Of a stretch of DNA of 64,000 nucleotides, positions 12,222-25,830 are shown piece after piece. The notes below the pieces were generated by a model. That model searched no databases and was not told the DNA's origin. It saw only the letters and a list, made by a program, of their open reading frames with translations. Source of the DNA: Amoebophrya sp. A120 (Eukaryota; Protista; Dinoflagellata); NCBI GenBank assembly GCA_905178155.1, contig CAJINV010000016.1:1083386-1147385 (forward strand), given 5' to 3'. Position numbers and translations under genes: made by a program. The first letter of the stretch is position 1. Every line of letters starts with the position of its first letter.

Positions 12222-13970
12222 CTACCTCCGGGAGCTGTCCGTCTGTACGTTTTGCATGTTGCCTCGTGCATGGCCCCAAGTGGGGCCCAACCGTGCGAGA
12301 TGCGGGTTTACGACAAGTACCAAAGCCACGAGCTCGCGGAAGAGGCAAAACGAGTTCATGACGAGGTGCGCAATCCCGAACGCCAAGCGGGATGGTTCGC
12401 TGGGAAGAAGGTACGGGATGCTGACAAAAAGGCTGCGGCGGAAGGCCGGGATCTGGCTGCGCACTATGAGAACGAGGTGAAGCTTGCGTTTTTTCACCAC
12501 ATTCCTCCTAGCGTCTACCGCGACGTGTTGCGCCCGCTGCTAGGAGTGCGAAAATGGGTTGCGCTCATTGTCGAAGATGACTCGCACCGCGGCGGCAATC
12601 ATGCCAAAGTCCGGAATAGTTTCAGTAGCATGAGTTCTCCGTGCAGTGTGAAACTGTTCACCGAGCTTTCCGGCGCGCTAGAAAAGGAACTTGCGCTTTT
12701 GGAACTTGAAACGGCAAAGCAAACCGCGGAAGCTATAGCCAACGCAGTGGCCGCGTCGTCCCACTCCGACGCATTGGGGGATTCCGCGGTGAGCAGTGAA
12801 TCTAAAGGCCGCCGCAAATTTAAATACTTTCCATTCTTCAATTTTGGTCCCAACAAGTATCGGAGTGTCAGATTGGAAAAAGTCGACAAAGTTGAAACGA
12901 TTTTGCGCGATGCATAGTATTCATAGTTGTAAACTCGACGCCACGAGCTGCGAGCTGGAGCCTGCCAAAGCTCTAAGCGGGGCATGGCAAATTTTGGATC
13001 GCACTGCTTGGGCAAAGAAGATTAAGATCTCGACTGTCTTGTTGCTCGTGCGACTTTAGTAGCTGTTTTTCTGGCTCCAGGCTGCATGATAGGCACCACA
13101 GTCTTCTACAATTATCCCCCTCACTTGATGTTGCCATCTGTAGTACAAGGGATACATCGCTCATAAATTGCGCTTTGCATAAACATAATTTGTATTTGAC
13201 AAATTATGCGAGGCCACCTCGCATACATACGGAAAATTTCAATTTCAATTTTTGATCATTATGAAGATCCCCATGCATTAGCGTTACAAGCTAGCTCAAC
13301 TCTGTCGATTTCTCCAGTCTGGCGCTTCCATAGCATGGAAATTGAGGAAAAGTTGAACGCTTTGCTGGAAGAAAAAAAGAAGAGGCAGGACACGCTAAGA
13401 ACGATCAATGGCAAGAAGTGGAAGAAGAAACTAGGCAATAAGAAGACATGGCGCATTGATGATGGCGCGTTGTCTATCCCAAGGAAAAAGTGCTACAGTT
13501 AGTACACTGCATTTTCATTTACCATAAAATCCTGTTCTGCAACGCATCGTAAAACATGCTCTGCATGACAAAAAACTTGCAACGCGGAGATCATAATTGA
13601 TGGAAACAGGTACAAAGCGAGACTCGCGAAGCATTTTGCGCATGGCGCCAGGGGTCCTCGCCGGTTCTGCAAAAATACAGGATGTAACTGTAGCGCTTTT
13701 TTCTCATTCATATTGACCTTGTTCAAGTTCGAAAGGTTCCAGTTCCAAGTCACGACCGAAATCGACGCTAGCAACGGATACCCGAAGAGAAAACTGGTGC
13801 TGGGCTGCATGTTTCATTTCGATGAAAAGGCAGGCGGAGTGTGGAAAATCCAAAGCCGCGGGGGCGACGGTAGTAGATCAACATGCACTGAAGAAGATGT
13901 CACATATGCAAATATGCGTCCGCCTAAAAGTTCCCTCGGTCCCCTGCCAACTGCAATGCCTAGTCCCTAA
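12222..13970 (+). CDS. Hypothetical protein interrupted by introners (5' end not located)
   Basis: ORF pieces 12129, 13206, 13713 join in frame (...IDDGALTLFKFERF...). Confidence 0.65.
12858..13332. mobile_element. Introner family D, degenerate and ~150 bp longer than its siblings
   Basis: GTCGACAAAGTTGA / TCAACTCTGTCGA TIR core; DR ACAAG/GCATG. Confidence 0.75.
13475..13712. mobile_element. Introner family G
   Basis: TIR core AAAAAGTGCTACAGTTA / TAACTGTAGCGCTTTTT; DR TTGTC/TTGAC. Confidence 0.85.
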
Positions 13971-16633
13971 CGCCGGGCGACGCGAAACAAGGCAAAGGCA
14001 AGGCGTAAAGTAAGGCAAAAACCGCGGAATCGGAAATTTTGTTGCAGAAAAATGTAGATCATGGTGTGCTGATTTAGATTTTGGATCCATGCCCGAGACC
14101 ATTTGCATGTGATGTTTCAGCAAGAATGAGCTGTAAAGTACTTACTTTACAACGAAGACGAAGTGCAAGTGGAAATGCTAAAAGAAGTCCTATTCGTTCT
14201 TGTCGCCCACGGTTCTACTCTATCTGTGGTCGACGGTCAAAGCACACTTACTCTGTTTGGCTTTTGCATCCAGATACTTGTTTTATTTCGTCTCCTATCT
14301 ATAAATGGGCTCTCAAGCATGATTTTTTTCAACTATCGTCTCACAAAAATTAAAAAGTCGAAGTCCCATTTTCTGTTTTGTTTTATTTTCATGTTTAGCT
14401 TTAAGGTAGTCTTTGTCATAGTAGTTGCAGCGAGGAAACAGAACCAAAAGTAACGCACTAGGTAGGTGATGTCTGAAGAATAGGTAAGTTTCTCTTCGGT
14501 TGTTTTTTGCCTCCAGCAAGTGTATTTGAATTCGGGTCCGTCATCCTCTTTCATCGTCGCAGATAAGTACACCATAAGTGAGTAGCCTTTCAATGCCAAT
14601 TAAAAAGGTTATTTTTTCAAAGCGTCCTTTTTTTATTTTTTGTTTTTTGTATTCTAGCGTCAACAGCGCTCGACTAACATAGATGTTTTTCGCTTTTGTA
14701 GTTCTAGTTTCTTGTTTGGTATCTTTATTTCAGTTTTTCTTTTTTGCTTTCAGAGCTCGGAGAAGGCTTTTGCTCGAGCGAGCTTTCAACTTTTCGGGTT
14801 TCTTTACAAAACAAGCGAAATGTCTCAGCAGCTACCTGCTTCGGTTGTTAACCGAGAGAACAAGGTCAGCTTTTCAAGCTGTGGGAAAACAAAAAGTAGC
14901 GGTTTAATTGATGGAAGCATAAGCAAGTTTAATGCCTCTCTTTTTCTCAGCTCCAAGCCAAGGCAGCAGTAGCAACGTTGTATTTGTAATATTCGAATAG
15001 CGCGAGAAGCAGGCGGAAGTGGAACGCAGACGATTGTATTACTTAGGTGCTCAGCTTTTATGTTCTTTTTTTTTTCATTTTGTTCCCTTTTTTTCCTTCT
15101 TTTTCCCCTTTTTGTTAATTCCACAACGGGAATTCGGTTTCGTGTCGTGTGTTGACTGTGCTCGTAGAGCAACCAAGTAGTTACTTCGTTAAGTAGGGTC
15201 GTAGCTACGTGAAAAGGGTCTAGCTAATAACATGATGACGTGAATGCACGGAGACCTCTCCTGAACTAATTCTGCCTGTGCCTGGCTCAAGCCTTGTGCT
15301 TGCTGCCTATCTGCTAGCAAATGATATACTTTGTTTTTGGAGTGCGTGGCACTCCGTCGCTGGTGAGCTTCCTGGTGTTCTCATGCGTTGCACGATCCAC
15401 AGTTACGGAACCGAGTCGGTTTTCTGTTTCATTTTTGTTTTTTTTTTTGTTCGTTGCCATGCTTTTTTTCTTTGTGTGTCGGACGTCACCCACTGATTCC
15501 CGACTACATTTTCGACCCTCGCGGATTTGCTTCTTAAGTAGCTAACTTCAAAGCAAATCCCCGAGAGTCGAGTTACTTTTTAGAGTAAGCTTAAAGCTCA
15601 GCGAATGATGTTCGCTGACTGCCCTCCGGAATATTTCAGTTTGTTTTCGATTGTCCAAAGTATATTTTTTTTTCCCGCCTTTTTTTTTTTCCTTCACGTT
15701 GCATTTCTAATGTTTCGCATGATTTTATCGATTTCGCCTAAACTCATCTTACGTTCTTTCATCGGCACTAGAACTAGCAAACCAAGTGGCATGACTTATT
15801 GTGATTAGGATCATCATGATAATTTATTTACAGCTAGCAAGTGAATTGTTAATGTTTTCGAGTACAACTACTTTCAGCACTATCACGACGACGTCAAGCC
15901 CAATAAACGTACTAGCAGTATAACTGCAAAAGCAAGATGACCAATTCCAATAGTAATGGAGACGCGACGAGATACGTAGCACAAGAACTATGAATCGAAG
16001 AACTATGAATCGAAGAACTGTTTTATTTTTCCCTACAACTCCCGACCATCTGTGTGCTGGTGGCGTTTGTTTATATATGGATCCTGCGCTTGTTTTCCAA
16101 ACAGTAACAGACCAGGAGTTCTTGCTGCGCTCAGATCATGCAGGTCCAGAACAAGACTAAGTAAGATATGACAAGTCGATCGCTTATTTATATTTTCATA
16201 CAGCTGTCCATGTCCTCGCTTGATGTTTTTGTTGTAGCAACAAAGTTTAAAGTTCTATACCTTTCTTTCTTTCTTTCTTTCTGTTCGTGCCCGGGCTTGG
16301 CATCAAAGGTTCAAGGCCCTAATCGTCGTTCATGCTACTTCTATCTCAACAGAACCACGGCGACGAGATGAAATAGGGCACCTCTCATCAATTCCTCGTG
16401 TATTTTGTATGTTCAAAATTCATTGACAAAGTTCAATAGAAGTAGAAAATTGAATCAAGAAGCAGCTAGATGCTCTTTCCGATGGTGATAGATTTTATTG
16501 TTCCTATTCCTAAGATCTAAAAGGCTCTATGAGAACTATTGCTCGTTCGTAGTCGTACGAGAACAGTTACATGCAATACTACAAGGACCACTGTGAGCAT
16601 TTGCATTGCAAAAGCAGAAGTATGATAGCAACT

Positions 16634-19600
16634 ATGTCCTCACCAGTCGAAGAAGATGAGCAGAAGTACTTGGCACCACCAGCCACCCAACTTCTCCGGC
16701 TCCTTCCCGTGCCGGAAAGAAGATGTCGGGCGGAAGGAAGTGCCAGTCATCAGCAACGAGAGTGGACACGCGCTTCGCAGCTACGAGAATGCAAAATGAG
16801 TAGCATTGCTTCTCCGCTTTCTCGCCCTCATTTTTATGTTGGCATGATTGATGAACAGCGATACAAAATAAATAAGATGGTGGAATAAACGCTGTCAATG
16901 TCATGCAAAGAGAGCCACAAGGCAGCGCAGTGCAGTGCCTGGATTTGGAATTTTGCATTGCAAATGAGGGCAGGGACAATAGGTCTAGGTGGGGGAGTTG
17001 TGGATGGTCATAATATAATTCGCAAGCCTGCGTCGAGCGACATCGACAAGATGAGTACCACCAGCAGAGCAGCCGGAGCCACAACACAACCTTTCCTGAC
17101 GCACCGAATGCTGGAGATGAGAGTGGAATAAAAGGGCAGAAATTTACATTGCGACCTTCCAACTATGGCAATGCAGATGATGCAACCAGCGCTGGCAGCG
17201 GTGGAGGAGCCGCAGCGACGCCCGCACCGGCACCGGCGGCCCGCTTTAAAAATTCTACATGCGCCTTGTTAACTAAAACGTCGAGCAGCCGGAAATCGAG
17301 AAAGCTCGAGCGACTGCGGGCGAAGGCGGCGCTGGAGCTCCTCGAAGAACAACGACAAGGGCTTCGAGGAACCGTTTCTAGCTTTTCATTTTCTCCTTTG
17401 TTTCCTGGGCGCTCTGGGAAAAAACTATTTCTGCAGGAACGAAATCCATCCAATGAACACGCACTGGGACGACCACGTCCTCGTCCTCGTCGACCACAAC
17501 GAGGAGAAAAAAAGGTGCAGCTGGACTACAACCGGTGGCGTGCGAGGCAAAACTTTGTATTTGAGGGCGATATAGCCTCGAAACAAAAGAAACAAAATGT
17601 GCAGGACGCTTCTGCTCCGACACGACACCAGCTCCAGCTGCCGGATGACAACAGGAGGAGGTGGACCAGCGCGCAGCGAAGCAGCTCCTGTGACTATTTA
17701 AGTTTTTCGGCGGGGGGGCCGATAGTATCACCAGATTCATGTACTACTATCAACACACGAGGACGACCCGAAGCAGCAGGATCTTGGACTTGGTCTGAAA
17801 GATCATGGGGAACAAGTAGAAGAACCTCCACGCCGCTTGCTCCTGACGTCGTGAGGGAAGGATCTTTTCGCATCTTCTCGCAGCAAGAAGGTCATGTAGC
17901 ACGGAATAAAGCACCACATCAAGAAGAACGCGATGCAACAGCACCTTTGCAGCTGCAGCAAATGACACAGATGAACAAGCCGCCCAGCAGCTCGTCGTGT
18001 ACAAAAGCCGCGGCGTCTTCTAGTGCCGAGGATATGGAAACTCTTCGTCGTTTATTTGTTCCCAATCCCATCAAATTTGAGTTTGACCTACAGCATTTCC
18101 TGCACTACCGCGATGTTATTCGGGACCTCCACGCCGAGGTGGTAAGGAAATTACTACCTTCGGTAGTAGATGACAGGACATCTACACCAAAAAATACAAA
18201 CTCGTCCACCTCGTGGTCATCTGCCGCCTCGCGTCTCGAAGGCAACTGTTTGTGTACCTTTGACCGCAAGAAAAAGGCCTTTTACCTGCAGGAATATGCA
18301 TTGCAAAAGTATTGTACTCCTACTCGTACTATAAATGCATTACAAATTTCCTCAGCATGAGAAATAAAATTTGTAATGCGGATTTGACTTTAGCAAGAAA
18401 ATTTGTAACGCATGCCTGCAATACGAGTACTCCCCGAGAGATCTGAAACGAGCACAGCCCGAGACCTGACTGGGTGAGTATCTGAAACAGCTGCAAGATA
18501 ATTTTTTTTGAATTTTTGCAGCGCGCGCAAGCTTGCGCTGCCGGGGGGCTTCGCCCTCCCCACGCTCGCGAAGAGTTGTGGACTTTACCCCGCCCCTTCG
18601 GCTTTTTCTCCCATTGCGTGCAGTGTAGCCTCGGCAGGCGATTCGTTTTCCCCGCCGCGGGCTCGCGTGCTGATGTGGGCGCCCTTGGGGCGTTTTCCGT
18701 TTTTTTGTTGCTCGCGTGGCGCGGGTTTCCATGTCTGAGCTAAGGCGAGCGGCTCCGCGGTGCTTTGTGCTTTATTTTGCCGGGGCTTTTTTTTGTGCCT
18801 TTTTGTTTTTGCTATTTTATGGCAGCAGGAACATGAACAACAGCCCGCCCCTGCAGTTGGCGCCCTTTTGCTCTTTTTTGTGTCGAAATTTTTGCCGCTG
18901 CTCTTTTTTTTATTTTTTCGTTAGTAAATATCGCCCCGCTAGTACATAGTCTAGCCCGCGGCGCTTGTGCCTTTCCGTGCCTTTTGGTAGCGTGCCTGCC
19001 AGCGCAAACGGTCGCGGGCCGTTTTCCGTGTTGCAGCCAGTGGCTTTTGCCGTTTTTCACTAGCTCGAGCATGTTTGCCGCACTTCTTTGCACTGGCCCG
19101 CGCCGGTCTGTGCACTTCCCGGCCCCCTCCGCGTATTTTTGTGGGCCAAACCACGCTGCGCCGGTTGTCTGTGTTTTTCGCACTTTGCTTCCAGAGCTAG
19201 CGGCGCGACTGTTTCGCGTAAGCGCCCTGCATTAGCACCTAGCTAGGCTCTTCGCTGGCTTTCCATGGAATGCAATCCCGGAGGCCGGTTCGGCGTGTCA
19301 GCCAGCGGCCTGCTTCTTGGTGTGGGCATTTTTCTGATGTTTTTCGCTTCGCGCGCTGACCGCATGGCGTTTATCTTTCTCCATGCCCGGGCGCAGAGGA
19401 GTGGCGTGGCAGTCCTTTCGGTCCTTTTCTGCAAGTTTGTGGCTTTGTCTTTGTTATCCTTTTTGCGCTGCAGCGCCAGACTCGACTTACCAAGGAAGCA
19501 CGAGAGGCGCCGCAGTTGCTAAGGTTCTGCGCTAAGAGTGGCGACGTTGTCCATGTTGTTCTGCCTTCGTCTTCCTTTTTTGATGTCTTTTCGCTGCTTT

Positions 19601-22600
19601 TTTGCCGCACTTCGCTCATTTTGTTGCGCTTTCGCGCCTTTTCGAGCTACGCGGAGCTTTTTCGGCGCGTTTCTTTGGGCCTAAAAACGAACAAACTGCC
19701 TGGGGATGGTTATTCTCGCCGCCTTTTTGCCGTATTTCATTGGTGCACCCTGTCGCGCTTTTGCGCCTTTTTAAGCTGTTGGAAGGTTCTTTGGCGCATT
19801 TCGGTCCTCAGAGCGGCCAAACGGTCTGGAATTTGCCTGGCGGGTGCGATACATAGCGCCACCGCTCTGCGGACTTGCTTCTGCAAAATCGCTGGCGCGC
19901 GCCTTGTTGCGCTTTTGTGTCTTTTTGGAGAATTTGCAAAGTGTTGCACTTTTTCGGCTATTTCGATGGCTTTGCGACGTTTTTGCCTTAGCTTGCGTCT
20001 TTTGGCGCATTTTCGCACTTTTCGGGCTAATTAAGTGAAGCCCATGGCCCACATGTGTCGCATTTGCGGCTTCCTTTATGACTTAACAAGAGCAGGCCTG
20101 CGCTGTTTTTCCTCGCATTTGGATCCTTTTCCTGTGTTTTTGTGCTTTCCCACGATCGTTTTGCTTTGTTTTTGGGCCTTTTTTGCTGACTTTTGCGGAG
20201 TTTGAGTATTTTCGACACACTTCGGGCCTAAAAAAGTCCGCGCCGTCTGCTTCCCTTTTGGCTTTACCCATGAGTCATTGCCAGCGAACGCGCTGCAGCG
20301 CTTTGCAAAAACACCGGCGCCCGCTTTGGTCTGTTCTTGGCTTGTCGTGGTTAGTGTGGGTGCAAATGGTCGCACTTTCTTGCTTGTTTTGCTGGCTTTC
20401 CGGCGTTTTTGCCTTAGTTTGCGTCTTTTGGTGCATTTGCGCACTTTCCAGGCTTAACTAGGTGAAGCCCACGGCCCGAATGTTGCGCGTTTTTGGCTTT
20501 TTGGCTTAACAAGAGCAATTCTGCTGCAAAATAAGCCTAATTGTCATCAAAGAGACGCGCTCTTTCTTTACAAAGAGCGCGACCTCGTTGCCATCGGCAC
20601 GCGGGTCGCTGTGGTTTTGGCTGTTTTTCGTTGGTGTGCAAAGTGTTGCGCTTTTGTGTTTATTTCGATGAATTTGCGTACTTTTCTTCTAAGTTTTCGC
20701 TTTTTTGCGCATTTGTGCAATTTTTAGGCTCAACTAGGTGAAGCCAGCGTGCGCATTTTCGTCGTTTTCGTCCTTTTTGACTTAACAAGACCAGTTTTGC
20801 ACTAAAATGACTCGAATTAGCACGAAAGAGGTGCGCTTTTACCTTAACAAAGTTGGCACTTTTTTTGGCATGTGATGCATGTTTGCAATACAAGTTGATA
20901 ACGATGCTTTTGCACAGGATAAGGAAAACAACGTAGCGATTGTCCGGGAGAACCTGTGGCAGCTGTTATCAAATGCAAATCTGTCTGGGTCTGGAAGAGT
21001 GCTGCAACTTGTGATGCTGCATTTGGATTCTGAAAAAATCTGTGTTGCGTGAGGAGCAAGAGAAGTCCGATTTTTGCTACGCGGACAGAGCATTTGTCAT
21101 GCGGGATAGGCATCAAGAAGCCCACAGAAAATCTGTGATGCTAGGACAGACATCACAGACATCATGCTTTATGCAAAACGTGCATGAGAAACTTGCATTC
21201 TTCCAGACCCAGACATACTTATTTGCATTTCATAGCTGTGCCGCCAAGACACTCTGAAACTGTCCGGGGGAAGGAGTGACGGGCAAGATCAAAATGAAGC
21301 AGCTGCTGGTGCGGCCAAGCGCTCGCCAAGCCCCTGTAAGACCTTCAAGATCAATTCCGTGCTGGAAATCGGTTTCAATGCCGGGCACAGCTGCGCGCTC
21401 TTCTGCCACGCGTGGAGCATGCGCGCGCAAGAGGCGGCGCCGGCGGATAATCTTCTTGGCGGCAAAGAAATAAATGCGTCGCATAAACAAGTACAAGTAG
21501 AGGCACAAACTGCAGCAGTGCGTGAGCTTGCTGCAGTCGAAAGACAAGGAACTGCTGGCGCACGACCACGCTGCGCATCGGCATCCAAAAACGCTCATCT
21601 TGCGCTTGCGGCAGCGGCCCCAGGAGAGGTAGATGTCGACGTGACAGAACATGAAGATGAGCAAACCAATAAAAAGGTCCACCCCCTCGTCCTCGTGACT
21701 GAAGCAGAGCACAGGACAAATAAACCGACAAAAAGCCACGAGCAGAATAACCGGGTGGACCACGACGAGGAAGGAAACACCAGGGGCCAAGAAGAACAAG
21801 AAGAGTTTCAGTTTGTTTACCTGGCCTTCGATCTGTGCGAACACCTCTACACGAGACCGTGCTTCGACGTTTTGCAGAAGAAATACTTCTGTGGTCCAAC
21901 TGGAAGTGTTTCGCAGCAAGAAAAGCAAAAGTTGCAGGAGAATTTGGCGACCAGATCTTCTTCTTCAGGCGAACCCACAATAGCAGAAGCATCTACATCT
22001 ACCACCACGTCTGCATCGGCATTGACTTCGACGGCCACATCCAAAGGCTGCGGCGGGGTGTTCCAAAAGAATATTTTCTTGCACCTCGTGGAAGGCGACA
22101 GCCGGGATATCCACTGCAAAAGTATCGTACTCGTATAAATGCAAGTCTTGCTGCATTACAAATCTTTTTCTTAAGGTAAACCAGCATGACAAATTTGCTT
22201 TCTCAAGCTGAGGAAATTTGTAATGCGATTTCTACTACTTGTACTAGTTCTAGTACGATGCTTTTGCAGTTCATACGGGACACCGTTCCGCAATTTGGAT
22301 TTGACAGTGCTGATTCTGGTAACCTCCAACCTGGCTGCTCCATGTCCATTATCCTGAGAAATCAAAACGTAAAAGTGTGGTCACCACTTCTATCCATAGC
22401 GGGCTCGTCATGTCGATTTGCATGTCTAGCACGAGCACATGATCTCTATTGGTTTCGGCTCGCCGTGGCAGCGAATTTCCAGTTGTTTTTTTGACTATGG
22501 TACATTTGACATGCAGCTCTAAAAAGCACGACTTGGACAGCCACAGCCTGGGTTGTCGATGCGGTTGGTCCTCTAGCTGGGAACGACTACGCTGCCGATG

Positions 22601-23607
22601 ATGCCTAGAGCTCTCGTCATGGTCGATTCAGTCCGCAAGCGTGTAGACGACTGGTATAGCAGATTCCGCATGGACAACATTAGAGTAACTATGGAAAGAT
22701 GGATATATGTTGTTTAGCTGAAGATGCGTTTTTTCTTTCTCAGGATAATGTCGTCCATTGGAGGAACGAAGGTCACTTTGTTCGACCTGATTCACGTGGA
22801 CGGGTCCCACTCTTCCGAAACGACAATATGAGAGTGCACAGCTCGTGGTACCCCTCTGTCACTGTTTATTTCTCATGCGAGATAGGGATAAAACAATAAG
22901 AATAACGATAACGTTACCCTTTCCTTTTGCCTCTTCTCGCTTATTAATCCTGCATGACAGGAGGTGGCAGCCTGCCAAAACCACACTGGAATTGTCCAGG
23001 GCGGATTTTTAGTCTTTCTGAAGACGCTGTGAAGCGGCCCTCTTTGCCGACGTTTTTCCTCAGGTGATTTTTATGCGCCGCTTTAAATCAGTATCAGAAT
23101 CAGGGGAACAATAAAGACGACGAGGGAGCGTAGTTTTTGTGCACTCTCATAGACGAAGCAGGACATCCTGAATTGCCGGAGATTTGCTAAGTATGAACTG
23201 CAAAAGTATCGTACTCGTATAAATGCATTACAAATTTTCTCACCGTGACAAATAAAATTTGTAAATGCTGACTTGCCTTGACAAAGAAATTTGTAATGCA
23301 AGACCTGCATTTATACGAGTACGATACTTTTGCACAGCATGCTAAGCCGTTGAAAACGATCTTGGTTGTCGACGACGCGCAGTTTCAGGGCATTCGTGAG
23401 GTGTTGGAGGAATTGATCGCGGCCCGGGTTCTGGTCGAGTTGGGGTTCGACCGAATCCGCTGTGGAACGTCGTTGTTGACGTCTAGTACAGCTATTGGTC
23501 CTCGGGTCACCAGCGAAATGACCAGAATCTCATGCGACAAAATGCTGGAGCGAAAAGGAAACGTTTTGAAAAAAACACACTTGCACCGAATTTTTCACTA
23601 TCTTTGA
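16634..23607 (+). CDS. Class I SAM-dependent methyltransferase (Methyltransf_24-like) with low-complexity insertions; 6 introners; start uncertain
   Basis: Spliced motifs VLEIGFNAGHS, FDLCEHLYTRPCF, LVEGDSRDT, FDLIHVDGSH, DILNCRRFAK, ILVVDD appear in the expected order. Confidence 0.85.
18295..20921. mobile_element. Giant (2627 bp) family A introner with ~2.4-kb internal cargo
   Basis: Left TIR TATGCATTGCAAAAGTAT, right ATGCTTTTGCACAGGATA; perfect DR AGGAA; joins YLQE-NNVAIVRENL. Confidence 0.9.
19910..20850. repeat. Three diverged copies of a T-rich repeat inside the giant introner
   Basis: Shared blocks ...GTGAAGCC...CTTAACAAGA at ~20035-20090, 20462-20513, 20738-20790. Confidence 0.75.
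20967..21234. mobile_element. Introner family B
   Basis: Perfect DR GCTGT; family B TIR. Confidence 0.93.
22108..22275. mobile_element. Introner family A
   Basis: TIR core CTGCAAAAGTATCGTACT; perfect DR CGGGA. Confidence 0.93.
22350..22747. mobile_element. Degenerate introner, family C-like
   Basis: TATCCTGAGAAA...TTTCTCAGGATA; DR lost or shifted, but element+5 removal gives FDLIHVDGSH in frame. Confidence 0.75.
22827..23151. mobile_element. Introner family H
   Basis: Perfect 14-bp TIR TATGAGAGTGCACA; DR GACAA/GACGA. Confidence 0.9.
23192..23341. mobile_element. Introner family A
   Basis: Perfect DR CTAAG; ends ATG. Confidence 0.93.
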
Positions 23608-25336
23608 TTGATGAAGAGTAGTTAAGGTTAACAGAAACACACTGTCGCTGCTGGACCTGTTATGCACTGCCACGCCCGTGATCCCGCCATCTTTAAAAAT
23701 GTCTCAGAAATGGCCTCGGGAATGTAAGGCGGAGGCAATTCCCACAACGCCGGCGCCCCTCATTGTGGTTGCAGGGAAGAGGGGCACACAAGGCGTCGAG
23801 CCGGGCCATCGCAAAGCAGCTTCCTCGAGACGCGGCGCCCGCTGCCGTATTTGGCGCAGTTTTGTGGCGCGCAATGCGGGCCGCGGCTGGCGTTGACGTT
23901 CGGGCGCCGCCCGTTTGCCCCTTATCCCTTTGCCGGCCTCCCCTTGCATATATGGACGCGAAGTGCCGCAGCGCCACACTTGTGTCGGGCCTATCTGTGC
24001 CCGCTTTCGTTTTGTCGCAGGCGCGCCGGCGTCTTGTCCGCAGCCCGGTTCGAAGCATTGCAGGCGCCCCGTCTGCCCCTGCATTTCCGCCGCCCCGGCG
24101 GTTCAGTGCCTGCTCTGACAGGTTGGGACCTTCAGCGGGGCTGCCTCTGTAAGAAGGCAGTGTGCTGGCCTTGCCGCTGTTCCTTTCTTTGTTTCTGTGG
24201 CAGCCAGGCACGGGCCCGGCCTTGCTTTCTGCGCGGCGGACTGCTATTCTGGCCCTCCTCCCTTGTGGGCGGCAGGCACGGCCGGCCTCACCCGGGAGGG
24301 CAAGCAACCAACTGCCGGCCTCCCATTGATTGGTTGGCCGCCTGCCGGCGCCGCTTGGCCACAGCCGGGCGCCTCGTCAGCCCATTGTCGTGGCGCATTG
24401 CTTTCGCACGCGCAGGCGCGCCCCTTGGCGCGAGGGGGATGCTGCCCTGCTTCTCTAGATCACAGGGCCACCGTGTCACGCGCGTGACACGGGCGGACCC
24501 GGCTTCGTTCTTTCTCGTCTCTTGCTGGTCTTGGGTGGTTTGGTGGCAAGCAGAATTGCTTCAGTCAGTTTCCCTCCACTTCTACCGCCAAAGCCCAGGG
24601 GACTGCCGCGTGTGTGTGTCTATGATTGGCATCCAAGGCAGTCTTGGACCTCACCTGGGGCGAAGGCCTGCCTCAGCCCGCGAGCCCTTCCTGGCTTCTG
24701 CCAGCCGGACCGGCCGCCGGCCGACAGCCAGGCAGGCGCCCCCGCGCGGGCCGTGTTGGCCTTGCTTGGATGCAAGTGCCGGCGAAGGCGTTGCAGCGGC
24801 TTCTAGGCAAAGCCGAAACGTATGAAGTTAATGGGGCTGCTGAACTCACTGGCGCAGCCACTGGCGCCATGTGTGGCGCCGCTCCTCTCCCTCGGCACGA
24901 CTTAGGCACTCCTTCACCAACGAGAGCGGCGGCCAGCAGCCGGATGAAGCAGCAGCCGCCGGAGTTCGCGAGCGCGGCCCCAAGACCCAGAGTCCGACGA
25001 TGATGAGCGCTGAGGAGCTTCAGCGCCCCGATTACAGCTGGCCCTTTGTGGATATTGCGTAGAACAAAACTCTATTTGGCTTGTGGAGGCCACACGTTGT
25101 AAGCTATTTGGCTTGTGGAGGCCACATGTTGTGAATCAGAATCAGAAACGTCGCGAATGAGAATCAGAATCATGGTGAATCTGAATCGGGCTACGGTAGT
25201 AAAAAGACCGCGAATGAAGCGAAAAAAATTGAAAGGACCGGGCCAAGAAAGTAGGCAAAAAAAAAGGCCAAAGCGAAGCCACACGCGCTGCCGGGTGCCG
25301 CATTTCTGTAAAGGGAGGAAAAATGCCGAGGCCTTC

Positions 25337-25830
25337 GCATTTTTTTCTTTGGGGAAAAAACCTGAGAGCGTTTGCATTTTTTTCCTTCAGGGAAAAACCT
25401 AAAAAAGTTCGCGCGATTTTCTATAACAAAAAAACCAAAAAAGCTGCGCGCGATTTTCTACTACAAAAAAACCAAAAAAGGTGCGCGCGATTTTCTTTTA
25501 CAAAAAAACCCAAAAAAGTTGCGCGGGAATCCCCCCTCGAAAAAAACCAAAACCGAAGACGGGCCATTTTTCCTGCCTTTCCCCGATGGTATGAGGCCGA
25601 TCAGGCCGGCGATTTTTCACATTTCTGGCCTTTAGAAAATCGCGCGCACCTTTTTGGGTTTTTTTGTAATAGAAAATCGCGCGCAACTTTTTTGGTTTTT
25701 TTGTAGTAGAAAATCGCGCGCAGCTTTTTTGGTTTTTTTGTTATAGAAAATCGCGCGAACTTTTTTAGGTTTTTCCCTGAAGGAAAAAAATGCAAACGCT
25801 TTCAGGTTTTTTCCTGAAGGAGAAAAATGC
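25337..25830. repeat. Foldback-type inverted repeat built from ~37-bp tandem units
   Basis: Arms ~25337-25526 and ~25632-25830; unit CGCGCGATTTTCTANNACAAAAAAACCAAAAAAGNTG. Confidence 0.9.

Noticed and set aside
14000-16500. Genes in the AT-rich stretch
   Set aside because: Only short ORFs with homopolymer runs; no supportable product
16782-17156. Additional degenerate introner at the 5' end of the methyltransferase gene
   Set aside because: Faint inverted similarity only; ends and DR could not be fixed, so it was not counted
18432-20870. Transposase in the giant introner interior
   Set aside because: Only short F/L-rich or K/R-rich ORFs produced by strand skew; no DDE or other recognisable motif
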